DNA of 64,000 nucleotides from a virus (lineage: Duplodnaviria; Caudoviricetes): IMG/VR virus record IMGVR_UViG_3300024331_000152, positions 32,001 through 96,000 of that record; one strand, given 5' to 3'. The position numbers were made by a program, and so were the translations under genes. The notes under the pieces were generated by a model, which did no database searches, had not been told where the DNA came from, and saw nothing but the letters and a program-made list of their open reading frames with translations. Shown here in pieces: positions 54,577 through 63,616 of the stretch (positions are counted from its first letter, which is position 1; every line of letters starts with the position of its first letter).

Positions 54577-55842
54577 ATGCAAGCTTTCTGCCTAGCAGGC
54601 ATGGGTTTTGGGGATGAAGCTAAAGGAGCCGCGACCGACAGTTTGGCCCGCCAATTTCCCGGCGAAGACGTCCTGATTGTCCGTTACAATGGCGGCTGTC
54701 AAAGTGCCCACAACGTGGTCACGCCGGAAGGCAGACACCACACGTTTTCTCAGTTCGGCGCAGGCATGCTGGCGAGCGACAAAGCGCGGACGCATCTGTC
54801 TCGCTTTATGCTGGTTGAACCGTTCTCAATGATCAATGAGTCCCGGGCTCTGAACGCGCTTACACCGTTCGTCTGGGGCCGCACCACGGTAGATGCTCGC
54901 GCGCCGATCATCACGCCGTTCTGTAAATATCTCAACCAGCTTCGCGAGCGATCACGTGGCAAGAACCGGCACGGTAGTTGTGGTCGTGGTATTGGCGTCA
55001 CGCGCGAGCTTCAGATCCGATTCAACGACGACGAGCGAGTCCTGCGTGCAGGCGATCTCCGGGATGAGAAGCTGACGTTCGAAAAACTCATGATCCAGCT
55101 CAAGGCAATCTTCGATGAGATGCAGGATCTTGAACAGCAAGTCGGCGAAGATCCGTCGTCAGAGCGTGAGCACCGCAGGGCGATCCTCGAATGGGTAACC
55201 CGCTACGGCGTATGGCCAGCCAAGATTGTGGACGAGATGCCGAAGTTTACAATCGCAATCTTCGAGGGCGCGCAGGGTGTCATGCTGGATGAGACGTACG
55301 GCACGGCACCGCACAACACGTGGACGAATACCACGTTCGAGAATGCGGACACGCTTTTAGATGAGGCTGGGGTTGACAAATACAGCCGCTACAACATTGG
55401 CTGCTTCCGTACCTACTACACGCGCCATGGGCATGGTCCGTTTCCGACCGAAGATCCCGCACTGGATCTACCAGAAGAGCACAATAACGACAGTGGATTT
55501 CAGGGAGTATTTCGTCGCGGCCACTTCGACTTCACGCTTGCGAATAGCGCGTATCAGGTTGTCGGAGGACTAGACGGAATTGCTCTGAGTCATCTTGACT
55601 ATTTACCTCGGATGGGATGGGATGAGAATGATTTCATCGCGTCGATCAAAGCAAATCTGGGCACGCCGATCTGCATGACAGGCAGAGGGCCAACCGCAGC
55701 AGAACGAGTGTGGAATAAAAAATTCGAGGTGAGCAATGGACGTCCTGCATCAAGTTCTGAAGGAACTCAAGCCGGGGGAGGAGATCCTGTGCTCACTCCA
55801 AACATTCCAGCGGATCAAAGAGAGGTTGAACGACTTCCGTAA
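54577..55842 (+). CDS. Adenylosuccinate synthetase (PurA)-like protein
   Basis: GMGFGDEAKG, RYNGGCQSAHNV, HGSCGRGIG, FEGAQGVMLD, RTYYTRHGHGPFPTE. Confidence 0.8.
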   Translation: MQAFCLAGMGFGDEAKGAATDSLARQFPGEDVLIVRYNGGCQSAHNVVTPEGRHHTFSQFGAGMLASDKARTHLSRFMLVEPFSMINESRALNALTPFVWGRTTVDARAPIITPFCKYLNQLRERSRGKNRHGSCGRGIGVTRELQIRFNDDERVLRAGDLRDEKLTFEKLMIQLKAIFDEMQDLEQQVGEDPSSEREHRRAILEWVTRYGVWPAKIVDEMPKFTIAIFEGAQGVMLDETYGTAPHNTWTNTTFENADTLLDEAGVDKYSRYNIGCFRTYYTRHGHGPFPTEDPALDLPEEHNNDSGFQGVFRRGHFDFTLANSAYQVVGGLDGIALSHLDYLPRMGWDENDFIASIKANLGTPICMTGRGPTAAERVWNKKFEVSNGRPASSSEGTQAGGGDPVLTPNIPADQREVERLP

Positions 55843-55921
55843 AAGAAACAGTCAGATCTTGTTGATCGTTCGTCCAGATACTGGATTTCAACGAATCAAA
55901 CGAAAGGAATAAGTTTTTTGG

Positions 55922-56131
55922 GGCGAGGTATGGCCGGGTCAGGTAAGGTCGGCTGGGGTGAGGTACGGTCTGGTGTGGCGAGCTTATGCTCGGTTGGTTG
56001 TGGTGAGGCTAGGTCTGGCAGGCCACGGCGAGGTGCGGTGAGTCGGGGCGAGGTCGGGTCCGGCAAGGTAAGTTGTGGTGCGGTAAGGCTGGCTCTGGCG
56101 CGGTAAGGTTAGGCGAGATGTGGTTAGGCAA
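55922..56131 (+). repeat. GGY-NN array: 42 pentamers in unbroken phase upstream of RAMP gene 2
   Basis: 33 of 42 pentamers begin GGY; ends at hairpin TCAATTC-CGGGA-GAATTGA over the RBS. Confidence 0.9.
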
Positions 56132-56155
56132 TTTCAATTCCGGGAGAATTGAGAC

Positions 56156-56797
56156 ATGGCAAGAGGAACGGCAACAATGGTAAACGAGCCGACCAATGGG
56201 GCGGCTGAGGCGATTGCGACTGGACTTCCTTACATCGTCAACGTGACGATTGAAGGCACAGCAGATCTTCTTCTTCATAGCTGGAGTTGCGAAGCCGTAG
56301 AAGAGAAGGCGACAGCAAAGAAGGGATCAGCAGCGAAGAAGACAGATAATTTGGAAAGTTACGTACGTCGCAACGACGATGGCGTAATCTGTCTGCCAAG
56401 CGAATATCTTCGCATGAGTGTCGTAAACGCCGCGAAGTATCGGCAGGACCCGCGATCTCCTCGAAAGTCCGCGATGGATTTATTTAAGGCCGCGCTTATT
56501 AGCCTTGAGCCCCTCTGCCCGATTACTACGGCGGCTGGAGATCTTCCGAGGGTTTGGGAATACGAACATAAGTGTCGCGTGCAAGTGCAGCGCAACGGCA
56601 TCACGCGCGTGCGGCCTGCGTTCCGTGAAGGATGGCGAGTAGATGTACCACTGATGGTAAACTTGCCGGAATATATTCCGACAAAAGACCTGAGCGACAC
56701 GATCACGCAAGCCGGTAAGTTGATAGGTGTGGGAGATTTTCGTCCGTCATATGGACGCTTCCATATTTTAAGTTTTGAAGTTCAGAAAGCGGAATAA
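56156..56797 (+). CDS. Stand-alone RAMP/Cas7-like RNA-binding protein 2
   Basis: VTIEGTADLLLH, CLPSEYLRMSV, RVQVQRNGITRVRPAF thumb, Gly-loop AGKLIGVGDFRPSYGRF. Confidence 0.72.
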   Translation: MARGTATMVNEPTNGAAEAIATGLPYIVNVTIEGTADLLLHSWSCEAVEEKATAKKGSAAKKTDNLESYVRRNDDGVICLPSEYLRMSVVNAAKYRQDPRSPRKSAMDLFKAALISLEPLCPITTAAGDLPRVWEYEHKCRVQVQRNGITRVRPAFREGWRVDVPLMVNLPEYIPTKDLSDTITQAGKLIGVGDFRPSYGRFHILSFEVQKAE

Positions 56798-56798
56798 T

Positions 56799-56890
56799 GG
56801 TTATGCTTTGGCATGCTGAGGTCAGGCGAGCCGAGGTCTGGTCAGGCCCGGTTTAGGCACGGTTTGGCTGGGTGTGGTTTGGTATGGGCA
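56799..56890 (+). repeat. GGY-NN array (about 18 units) downstream of RAMP gene 2
   Basis: GGCAT GCTGA GGTCA GGCGA GCCGA GGTCT GGTCA GGCCC GGTTTA GGCAC GGTTT GGCTG GGTGT GGTTT GGTAT. Confidence 0.85.
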
Positions 56891-56913
56891 GTAAAAAGAT
56901 GGAGGAATTTAAT

Positions 56914-57171
56914 ATGCTGATGGAAACAGAAGTTTTCCCGGAAACCGGAAGCGTGTTGTGTGTTTTAGACGAGAGCGGTGATTCGCGGTTTATGTGGGAT
57001 AAGGATGACCCGGCGCAGATCGCGAAGGCTCAGGCGAAGTTTAACGAGATGAAGGGGAAGGGCTACGTCGCATACCGCGTCAACAAGAAGGGCGGCATGG
57101 GCGAGGTGATCGCGGCGTTCGATCCGAACGATGAGCGAGTTATTATGCACCGCGCTCTTGTCGGTGGATAG
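56914..57171 (+). CDS. Small protein ending in Gly-Gly
   Basis: GGAGG RBS; DESGDSRFMWD..ALVGG*. Confidence 0.65.
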   Translation: MLMETEVFPETGSVLCVLDESGDSRFMWDKDDPAQIAKAQAKFNEMKGKGYVAYRVNKKGGMGEVIAAFDPNDERVIMHRALVGG

Positions 57172-57336
57172 CGTCTGGTGTATCCGGTGCGGATGGAGAG
57201 TGCATAAAATCCGCGCAGATGAGGTTGTGCATAAAGTTCTTGTCGGGAAGAAGTGCTACGACGGGGATGCTCAGCCTTCGCTGGTTATCTGGAAGTGGGT
57301 TAACGCGCGTGGTTGCTATGGCTACGCATCGGGAGA

Positions 57337-57840
57337 ATGACAATGTGTCTGAGCAGAATCACAGAGAGCTATGAGCCGCCGTGCCCGATGATCACGGACG
57401 GCTGGAAGCAGTTCAGTGGAAGCGAATCGAAGCCTACGTTCCAAAGCTTTGCCCTTAACGGAAAGAGTGAAGTCCCTCTCGATAAGTGGCTGAGAGCTTC
57501 AAACGACAGGGCTCCGAATGGTGTCAAGGCAAACGACGGGAAACTCTATGATCCCGGCTTCCACGTCTACGCGAACGAGCCAAAATCTACCAAGGGATAT
57601 CGGCGCGTATTTGTGCGGAACATCTCATGTCGTGGCGATGACTCGGGACAAGAAGTCATTATCGCGCAGGAGATCTACGTCTCGTCAGATCCGAATGGCT
57701 GGCCTCCGAAGGGGAACGAACCAAAGTCTGGCGGCGGTGACGGCGGTCCTGACAAGCCGCGCCCGAACCCAATCAAAAAGATGATCGACAAGACCATTGC
57801 CGACATGAAGGGTCTAGGCGTTACGCCGGGTCAAGCCTGA
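57337..57840 (+). CDS. Hypothetical protein
   Basis: GGGAG RBS; MCL..YDPGFHVY. Confidence 0.6.
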   Translation: MTMCLSRITESYEPPCPMITDGWKQFSGSESKPTFQSFALNGKSEVPLDKWLRASNDRAPNGVKANDGKLYDPGFHVYANEPKSTKGYRRVFVRNISCRGDDSGQEVIIAQEIYVSSDPNGWPPKGNEPKSGGGDGGPDKPRPNPIKKMIDKTIADMKGLGVTPGQA

Positions 57841-58388
57841 TGCCTCCAATCTTCGATTTCGGTGCAGCTCTACAAGGGCCGGTGACGACCAGTTCGAATG
57901 CAAACTTCTACAACGTGAGTATCGATCAAGCTTACGGGTTAGACAGCACCGCATTCCAGACGCTCTATGCTGCGCTCGGGAATGTCATATACGGAAATTA
58001 TGTGACAACAGCTCCCGCGCAAACACCAGAGCAGCGCGAGGCATGGGTTAAGGCTGAAGCGGAACGCGCGGCAAAGATAAACGCAGCAACAAAACGTGCT
58101 GAGAATCTCATGTTCTCGATCCTCAAGCCGGAGCAAGTTCGTCAGTATCAAGACACCGGCTATTTTGAAACCGAGATCGATGACCGCGTGTACCGGATTC
58201 ACAAGCGCTCGCACTCGGCAAATGTCGAGCTGATCGTTGGCGGCAAGCCGATTGCGAAATATTGCGTGCACCCATCAAACTGCTACTCGACGCCGGTTCA
58301 AGACACGATGATCTCGCAACTTCTGAAGCTGCACTCCGATGAGGCTGGCTTCTTGAAAACGGCTAATAAAACGGTTTTGTACGGGTAA
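57840..58388 (+). CDS. Hypothetical protein with CxHP motif
   Basis: Q..QY..TGYF..VYRI..YCVHP..PVQD..LL.L.SDEAGFLKTAN. Confidence 0.65.
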   Translation: MPPIFDFGAALQGPVTTSSNANFYNVSIDQAYGLDSTAFQTLYAALGNVIYGNYVTTAPAQTPEQREAWVKAEAERAAKINAATKRAENLMFSILKPEQVRQYQDTGYFETEIDDRVYRIHKRSHSANVELIVGGKPIAKYCVHPSNCYSTPVQDTMISQLLKLHSDEAGFLKTANKTVLYG

Positions 58389-58404
58389 GAGAAAGGAGAT
58401 TGGC

Positions 58405-58854
58405 ATGACACAAGTAGCTCTAAATCTTGTTCAGAAAATGTTCCCGTCAGTTACGAAGGTTATTGATGGGAAATCAGATATTCACGTTGAAGTCAACAAG
58501 CGAGATGCCTCGTCAAAGGCAGTACGGGATCATAAAGAGTGTGCGCTCGCGCAAGCATGCAGGCGTACTTTAGATCTCGACGGCGCGATCATCTCTCGAA
58601 GCGTAGCCTACCTCATCAAAGGACGAACTGCCACACGCTATCGCGTACCCAGCTCCGCGACCAGAGAGATCATTGCCTTTGACCGAGGGGCAGCTTTCGT
58701 ACCGGGCGATTACATGCTAAAGAGGGTTCCCAAACCGATGCGTTTTGGTGAGAAAAGAAGTGGCGGAAAAACGAAACCACCAAAGCGTAAGAATCGCCGT
58801 CCCGTATTTCGTCACGTTACCGAGGGTATAAGAAGCTCTTTATTGGAGAGCTGA
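58405..58854 (+). CDS. Hypothetical basic protein
   Basis: AAGGAG RBS; CALAQAC..ATRY..FD. Confidence 0.65.
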   Translation: MTQVALNLVQKMFPSVTKVIDGKSDIHVEVNKRDASSKAVRDHKECALAQACRRTLDLDGAIISRSVAYLIKGRTATRYRVPSSATREIIAFDRGAAFVPGDYMLKRVPKPMRFGEKRSGGKTKPPKRKNRRPVFRHVTEGIRSSLLES

Positions 58855-58886
58855 TGTTTGACAGGCTGTAATGTCTAAGGGGGGCG

Positions 58887-59252
58887 ATGCAGATAGAAAT
58901 TCTAAACTCATTAACAGGCGACGACAAAGAAGAGATCGACACTTCACAAGCGGAGGGCCGCGCGCAGGCCGCAAAGCTTGTGCATGAGCTGATCCGCTCT
59001 GGGTCCGCCGTCTTCCTTGAAAAGAAAATTGGCGAGCAAACCTACACTTACAGGGTCACGAATTATAGCCCTGACACCAACAAGTTGACGATTCGCCTCG
59101 ACAATCAGGTCGAAGATTCAGACATCGAGCACGAGCCGCACAAGAAGAATTCTGGCCGCAAGGGTCGTCCTCTCGGTCCGTACCGGACACGCGGCTACGT
59201 GAGTCCAGAGACTGGACGTACGGTTGCGGTTGCTCCACGGTCAGGTGGTTAG
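58887..59252 (+). CDS. Small protein ending in Gly-Gly
   Basis: NSLTGDD..APRSGG*. Confidence 0.6.
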   Translation: MQIEILNSLTGDDKEEIDTSQAEGRAQAAKLVHELIRSGSAVFLEKKIGEQTYTYRVTNYSPDTNKLTIRLDNQVEDSDIEHEPHKKNSGRKGRPLGPYRTRGYVSPETGRTVAVAPRSGG

Positions 59253-59254
59253 CA

Positions 59255-60013
59255 ATGGCCACACAGCAAGAAATGCCTACATGGGAGCAGCTCCGCGCGA
59301 ACATTCACGCGCTCGCTAAGGAGCGGGGCTGGCATCATGGTGTTCCGATCATGAGCGCCACTGATCCAACGCGAAAGGTTGTGCTGGCAAAGGGATGCCC
59401 ATTGTCAGACGTGCACGGTCACGGCAAACCAGTCTCGATCAACGCTCCTCCGGGATCTTTCGTCTGCAATCACGAAGACATCAGTGAGACCGACTACAAA
59501 GAAACTGTCAGCTCGTGGTTGATGCCTGCACGGGGTGTTGAGATCTACAAGCGCGGCACGAAGTATTATGCCGAGAAGTACAATCTCAGCAAGTGGCGCT
59601 TGGATATCTTCATTAAGTCGATGATGTGCGGAGCTGGAGCCGTAGATGCAGAAGCGGAATTCCGCGCCATGATTTCACTCTTCAAGCGCATCAATCAAAA
59701 CCAGCGCGATGCGTACATGATCACGGGAGCGTTTCCTGAGTCGAGTCCAAAATCTGGTGTGACGTACATCCTTCGCAAGGGCCTGCCTACGATTGCGATA
59801 AAATGCACGCCGCGACCGGAAGGCGGCGAGAATCAGAAGTTCCTCGCGGCGCTATGCATTCATCCCCTTGGCTGGTACCACGGAACACATGTTGGCGTGT
59901 GTCCTCCATCCGACGAAGTCCTCGGAGTCTTGCTCCAGATCCGGGCCGATGAACACGGCCTCTGGAAGCGGGCTCACCATCTCCCAATAGATGATCCAAT
60001 GGCGGGAATATGA
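59255..60013 (+). CDS. Hypothetical protein with CxHP motif (apparent paralog of 57840-58388)
   Basis: Q..AY..TGAF..VTYIL..LCIHP..PPSD..LLQIRADEHGLWKRAH. Confidence 0.65.
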   Translation: MATQQEMPTWEQLRANIHALAKERGWHHGVPIMSATDPTRKVVLAKGCPLSDVHGHGKPVSINAPPGSFVCNHEDISETDYKETVSSWLMPARGVEIYKRGTKYYAEKYNLSKWRLDIFIKSMMCGAGAVDAEAEFRAMISLFKRINQNQRDAYMITGAFPESSPKSGVTYILRKGLPTIAIKCTPRPEGGENQKFLAALCIHPLGWYHGTHVGVCPPSDEVLGVLLQIRADEHGLWKRAHHLPIDDPMAGI

Positions 60014-60197
60014 AACCAGACAAACCGTGGCATCCGATTGCGGAGCCACTCCGTCCTGAATTTCTTGCATGGCGAGAAGCAGAACAAGGCATCGAGGTTC
60101 TCGCCTATAACTACGCACTCTGGCAGACAGCCGATCCGGTGTGGAGTCAGTTCTATATCGAACGCGCTCCGTCGCTATCGGCGGTTTCGGGGGCAAT

Positions 60198-60446
60198 ATG
60201 AGCGGAGTCAACAACTTCGATGTACTCAAGAAGATGTCGGCGGACAACCTCGACATTCGTTTAGGCACGGACGTTCTGGAGCTGAAGAAGGTAAAGTCCG
60301 GAACCAAAGTCACCATGGGCGCGCCGGGGGATGTCGTAACCGGAGTCTTTACAGGAGAGCTTGTAGCGTGTTTGCTAATCTTCAACAAGAAGCAGTTCGA
60401 CGAGACGAAGAAGGCGCTGGAATCAACGACCACAATCCCCGGGTAG
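60198..60446 (+). CDS. Hypothetical protein
   Basis: NNFDVLKKMS..KSGTKVTMG. Confidence 0.55.
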   Translation: MSGVNNFDVLKKMSADNLDIRLGTDVLELKKVKSGTKVTMGAPGDVVTGVFTGELVACLLIFNKKQFDETKKALESTTTIPG

Positions 60447-61523
60447 ACTTTAATCTCCTGCCGCCCGAGATCCGGGATCGAGTAGACCGCGTCCGCAACC
60501 GGCTGAATCGCTCAATCGGTCGCATCCCGTTCGATCCGATCCTCTACGACACTATGAAGCCGGGTGTTGTCGTCGATGCGCCTCGACGCTGCGGTAAGAC
60601 AGAAGCGATCTTATGGATGGTCGATCAGTACCATGGCGGCAACGCGATTATCATCGCGATGAATGACATAAATATTTGCGATATGCGCTATCGGTATCGT
60701 ACGAGCAACTATCGCGGCGAGCCGAAATTCATCGCCCCAGCGTTGCTGGGCTTTCTCGACGGCCACAGTATGCCAGTCTTTTGTGACGAGTTCTTTCTGC
60801 ACGATGAGCGTGTCCAGAACGAGATCTCCCGGTACAGCCAATCCAACAGAAATGTTATCGCGGTTGGCTCCTCGCACTCTCAACATCCAGACTATCCGAC
60901 CTTCCAATGCATGCCTCTTTAGCTGGTCTCTCCCGGGAAGAATACGGCCAGTACATCCGTGTGCGCCGCCGTCTCGAAGCGTCTGTCGGCAGGCTTCCTT
61001 ACCCGGAAGAATGGGACAAGATCGTGCACTCAACCTGCCCGATGGCCCTCCATACATCGAACCCAAAATGCCTTGAATTCCTGATCTGGAGAGCAGGCGA
61101 ATTTTACGATCCAATCATCGTTTCCTCGACAGATCCTGACTCGCATCGGCTCCGCGAAAAGTTTGAAAAACAGTTCTCAGACGCGACGATTTTTTGCTCA
61201 GCTCAGGCAATATGCGAACAGTCAAACTTTGCGCCGCCAGAACAGAAGTACTTTTGCTTCGGCTGGTGGCGCTTCGAAGAGAGCAAAAAAAGGATAATTT
61301 CAGCCTCAAAACGACTTTGGCTCGGAGTCGGCCATTCTCCAGATATGGGACAAGGCGACGCGGCCTTCCAGTTGTGACTTAAATTACCGAAAAATAAATC
61401 ACTTGACTTCTTGTCACGACATACTGTCAGGAATAAGCAAAACAGCCAAAAATGGTCGAAAGCGCGCAGCCTTAGCGCAGGTATTCTGCGGACGCACACC
61501 CTTGTTTGCCCTATAAACAGGCA

Positions 61524-61549
61524 CAAAAAAGCCCCGCTCTAGGCGGGGC
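61524..61549 (-). terminator. Intrinsic terminator for the - strand operon
   Basis: AAAAAAA-GCCCCGC-TCTAG-GCGGGGC between convergent gene blocks. Confidence 0.65.
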
Positions 61550-61575
61550 GATTTGGTCTTCAAAGTGCCTGAGAT

Positions 61576-62259
61576 TTAGGCGGTAATTCTGCGCCGCTTT
61601 TCGCGGCTCAGGATCTTAGCTACGGTGCCCGGATGCCAGATGCCTCCGAAGCGTGTGGGAATGTTCTGTAGGTTGAGCCAATTTGCGATGTAGCGGGTCC
61701 GGCAATTCTTCTCGTGCATGGCGATCATTGTCTCGACGACGGCCTTCTCGGAAGCGTTGTCTTCCCCGTAGAAACGCTGTCCTTCGCCCTTTCCGGTTCT
61801 GGCTTTCTTCCGGGCTCTGGCATCCCGGAGTTTGAGGACGATCACGCAGCGGTCAAACTCGCTGACTGCCGCCAAGATCTGGCGGATGAGTTTGGCGGTT
61901 GGGTTGGCGTCGGAGCCCTCGGTCAGGTCGATCCCGGCCCCGGCTGCGATTACCTTGACTCCGATCTTCTGAAACTCCCGGATGATCACCTCGGCAACGA
62001 TCATGTCGCGGGCGAGACGGTCCGAGGACTCACAGAGAACGATCCCGATCTGGTGATCCCGGACGTACTCGATGCAGGCGGAAAGGCCGGACCGTCCCTC
62101 CAGCTCCATCTTGCCGGTGACGCCTTCGTCGCGAAACTCCTCGACGATGTCCAGACTCTGGACTTTGGCGTAACGCGCGCAGGCGTCGCGTTGCCGGGGG
62201 AATCCTTCTCCGGAGATCTGACCTTCTCCAGAGACGCGTAGGTATGTGACGGCCCTCAT
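61576..62259 (-). CDS. Serine recombinase (resolvase family)
   Basis: YLRVS..Q..GFPRQ, FRDEGVTG..RSGL, DRLARD, C-terminal IA..LN..PTR.GGIW. Confidence 0.9.
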   Translation of the reverse strand: MRAVTYLRVSGEGQISGEGFPRQRDACARYAKVQSLDIVEEFRDEGVTGKMELEGRSGLSACIEYVRDHQIGIVLCESSDRLARDMIVAEVIIREFQKIGVKVIAAGAGIDLTEGSDANPTAKLIRQILAAVSEFDRCVIVLKLRDARARKKARTGKGEGQRFYGEDNASEKAVVETMIAMHEKNCRTRYIANWLNLQNIPTRFGGIWHPGTVAKILSREKRRRITA

Positions 62260-63392
62260 ATGTGACAATCCACAACGCTGAGAAGCGTATTGTCAGGAAG
62301 AGAGTCGAGGAGCTTCGCGAATTCGTCATCCCAAAGGTCCTCATCCTTCTCGTCGTGTACGGCTCCCCACCACCCCATCCGGCCCTTGCTGTACCACTGG
62401 CTTTCGTGGACGATGGCGAAGGTACGGAAGGCACGTTTAGCAGCACGGTCGAGATAGACTTCGCGATCACATAGAAACTCATCAGCTTCGATCCAGATAG
62501 TTTCCTCGTTGGAGCGAAGAGCTTTTGGGCCAGCCTGTTCCCAGTAGAAATCGCGAGCCTTCTCAATGTCGTCGCTAAACTTCTCGCGCGTCTTCTCCCA
62601 ACTCAACCAGAGAGGAAGATCCTTGACGATACCGTGGACAAGGTCATATTTCGCAGCGGCCTCGTCGCGGGCTTCGGCGCGCATACCGTCGAAGTCGATA
62701 TCATGCTTGATCGCTTGATCTGCGCGGTCGCCCTTCGGTGCCTCGTAATCTTTGTCCATTGTCTGGATTCCGGGCTTTCCGAGTAGCCCTAGACCGTTGG
62801 TTTTGATCTTGAAGAATCCATTCCAACGTCCGCCGATCTGATACCAGTCCCACTTCGCGTTAGGGTTTGTGCGGTCAACAGTCTTCACAACATTGCCGTC
62901 TTTGTCTACCACGGTGTAGCCGTACTTATGTTTCCCAGCAAGATCCGGATTGGTTCCCTCGACGATAGACTGGCGGCTGTGCCAATATTCGATGAATTCG
63001 GCGAATGACTTTGCCTCGATCCCCTTCAGCCGAACTTCCTTCCAGCCGTCTGGCATGAAGTGAATCTTGGTTCTATAGCCGCGCCCATCTTCCCAGTCCT
63101 TGCTTGTCCAGCTCAGACCGTTGCCTCCCCCAGTTCCCGCGATAGGCCCGATCTTCTTCGATTCCTCAGGCGTTGGCTCGCGATAGAAGCGGTCCTCGTA
63201 TGGGTCGTGCAGGTTGCCTTCTGGGTCCATATAGCGTGGCTCGGTGTGCTCTTCGTATTCCTTCCGAGTCGTCTCTGTTTGATCGATCTCCTGAACGTAC
63301 TGGTTATCCTCACCAGTGCATTCAAACTCGTGGTATGGAGCAAGCTGTTCCTCCACGTTGTCGCCAATTACTAAAACTGTGAAATGGCTCAT
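62256..63392 (-). CDS. Conserved phage hypothetical protein
   Basis: MSHFTVLVIG..QLAPY, NPNAKWDWYQIGGRW, GRMGWWG, VVDCHI. Confidence 0.75.
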   Translation of the reverse strand: MSHFTVLVIGDNVEEQLAPYHEFECTGEDNQYVQEIDQTETTRKEYEEHTEPRYMDPEGNLHDPYEDRFYREPTPEESKKIGPIAGTGGGNGLSWTSKDWEDGRGYRTKIHFMPDGWKEVRLKGIEAKSFAEFIEYWHSRQSIVEGTNPDLAGKHKYGYTVVDKDGNVVKTVDRTNPNAKWDWYQIGGRWNGFFKIKTNGLGLLGKPGIQTMDKDYEAPKGDRADQAIKHDIDFDGMRAEARDEAAAKYDLVHGIVKDLPLWLSWEKTREKFSDDIEKARDFYWEQAGPKALRSNEETIWIEADEFLCDREVYLDRAAKRAFRTFAIVHESQWYSKGRMGWWGAVHDEKDEDLWDDEFAKLLDSLPDNTLLSVVDCHI

Positions 63393-63409
63393 AGATTTCC
63401 TCCAAGGAT

Positions 63410-63616
63410 TTACTTCGCTTTGTATCGTTTCTCGGACAGGTTGTACTCTGCTTTGCCCGGGTAGAGTTTCTGAAAGTCGTTGAGGTCTTTGCTGGCTTGC
63501 GGTGTTGAGAGGCCGAACTTGCGTTCGATGTGCTCGCGGTTGATGTAGCCGAAAATCCGCAAAGTCTCTGCGATCCAGTCCATGCGGTGTTGTCGGAACC
63601 AGTTAAGCTCTGCCAT
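63410..63616 (-). CDS. Small HTH protein
   Basis: INREHIERKFGLSTPQASKDL. Confidence 0.6.
   Translation of the reverse strand: MAELNWFRQHRMDWIAETLRIFGYINREHIERKFGLSTPQASKDLNDFQKLYPGKAEYNLSEKRYKAK

Noticed and set aside
54577-55842. PurZ / Z-genome biosynthesis
   Set aside because: Keeps the PurA-type Asp (GDEAKG) rather than the PurZ GSTGKG, and no DatZ or MazZ neighbours are seen.
55918-56106. G/R/V-rich ORFs over the pentamer arrays (also 40999-41214, 41153-41398 and the 5' extensions of 39172 and 56872)
   Set aside because: Low-complexity translations of a 5-nt period with no RBS; the arrays sit in intergenic positions bounded by hairpins.
55922-56131. Simple microsatellite or G-quadruplex tract
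   Set aside because: Units are not copies of each other (NN varies freely), phase holds over 210 nt, all six loci are on the transcribed strand, and NN content at other loci matches neighbouring genes. Incidental G4 formation is not excluded.
56856-56967. Gapped match of the 56799 array to the next gene (TT TG GT TT against TTG TGT GTT TTA)
   Set aside because: Only four consecutive units match, too short to distinguish from chance.
60038-60922. Terminase large subunit
   Set aside because: Has APRRCGKT and FCDE motifs but only about 120-150 credible residues and no nuclease domain; at most a truncated P-loop protein.
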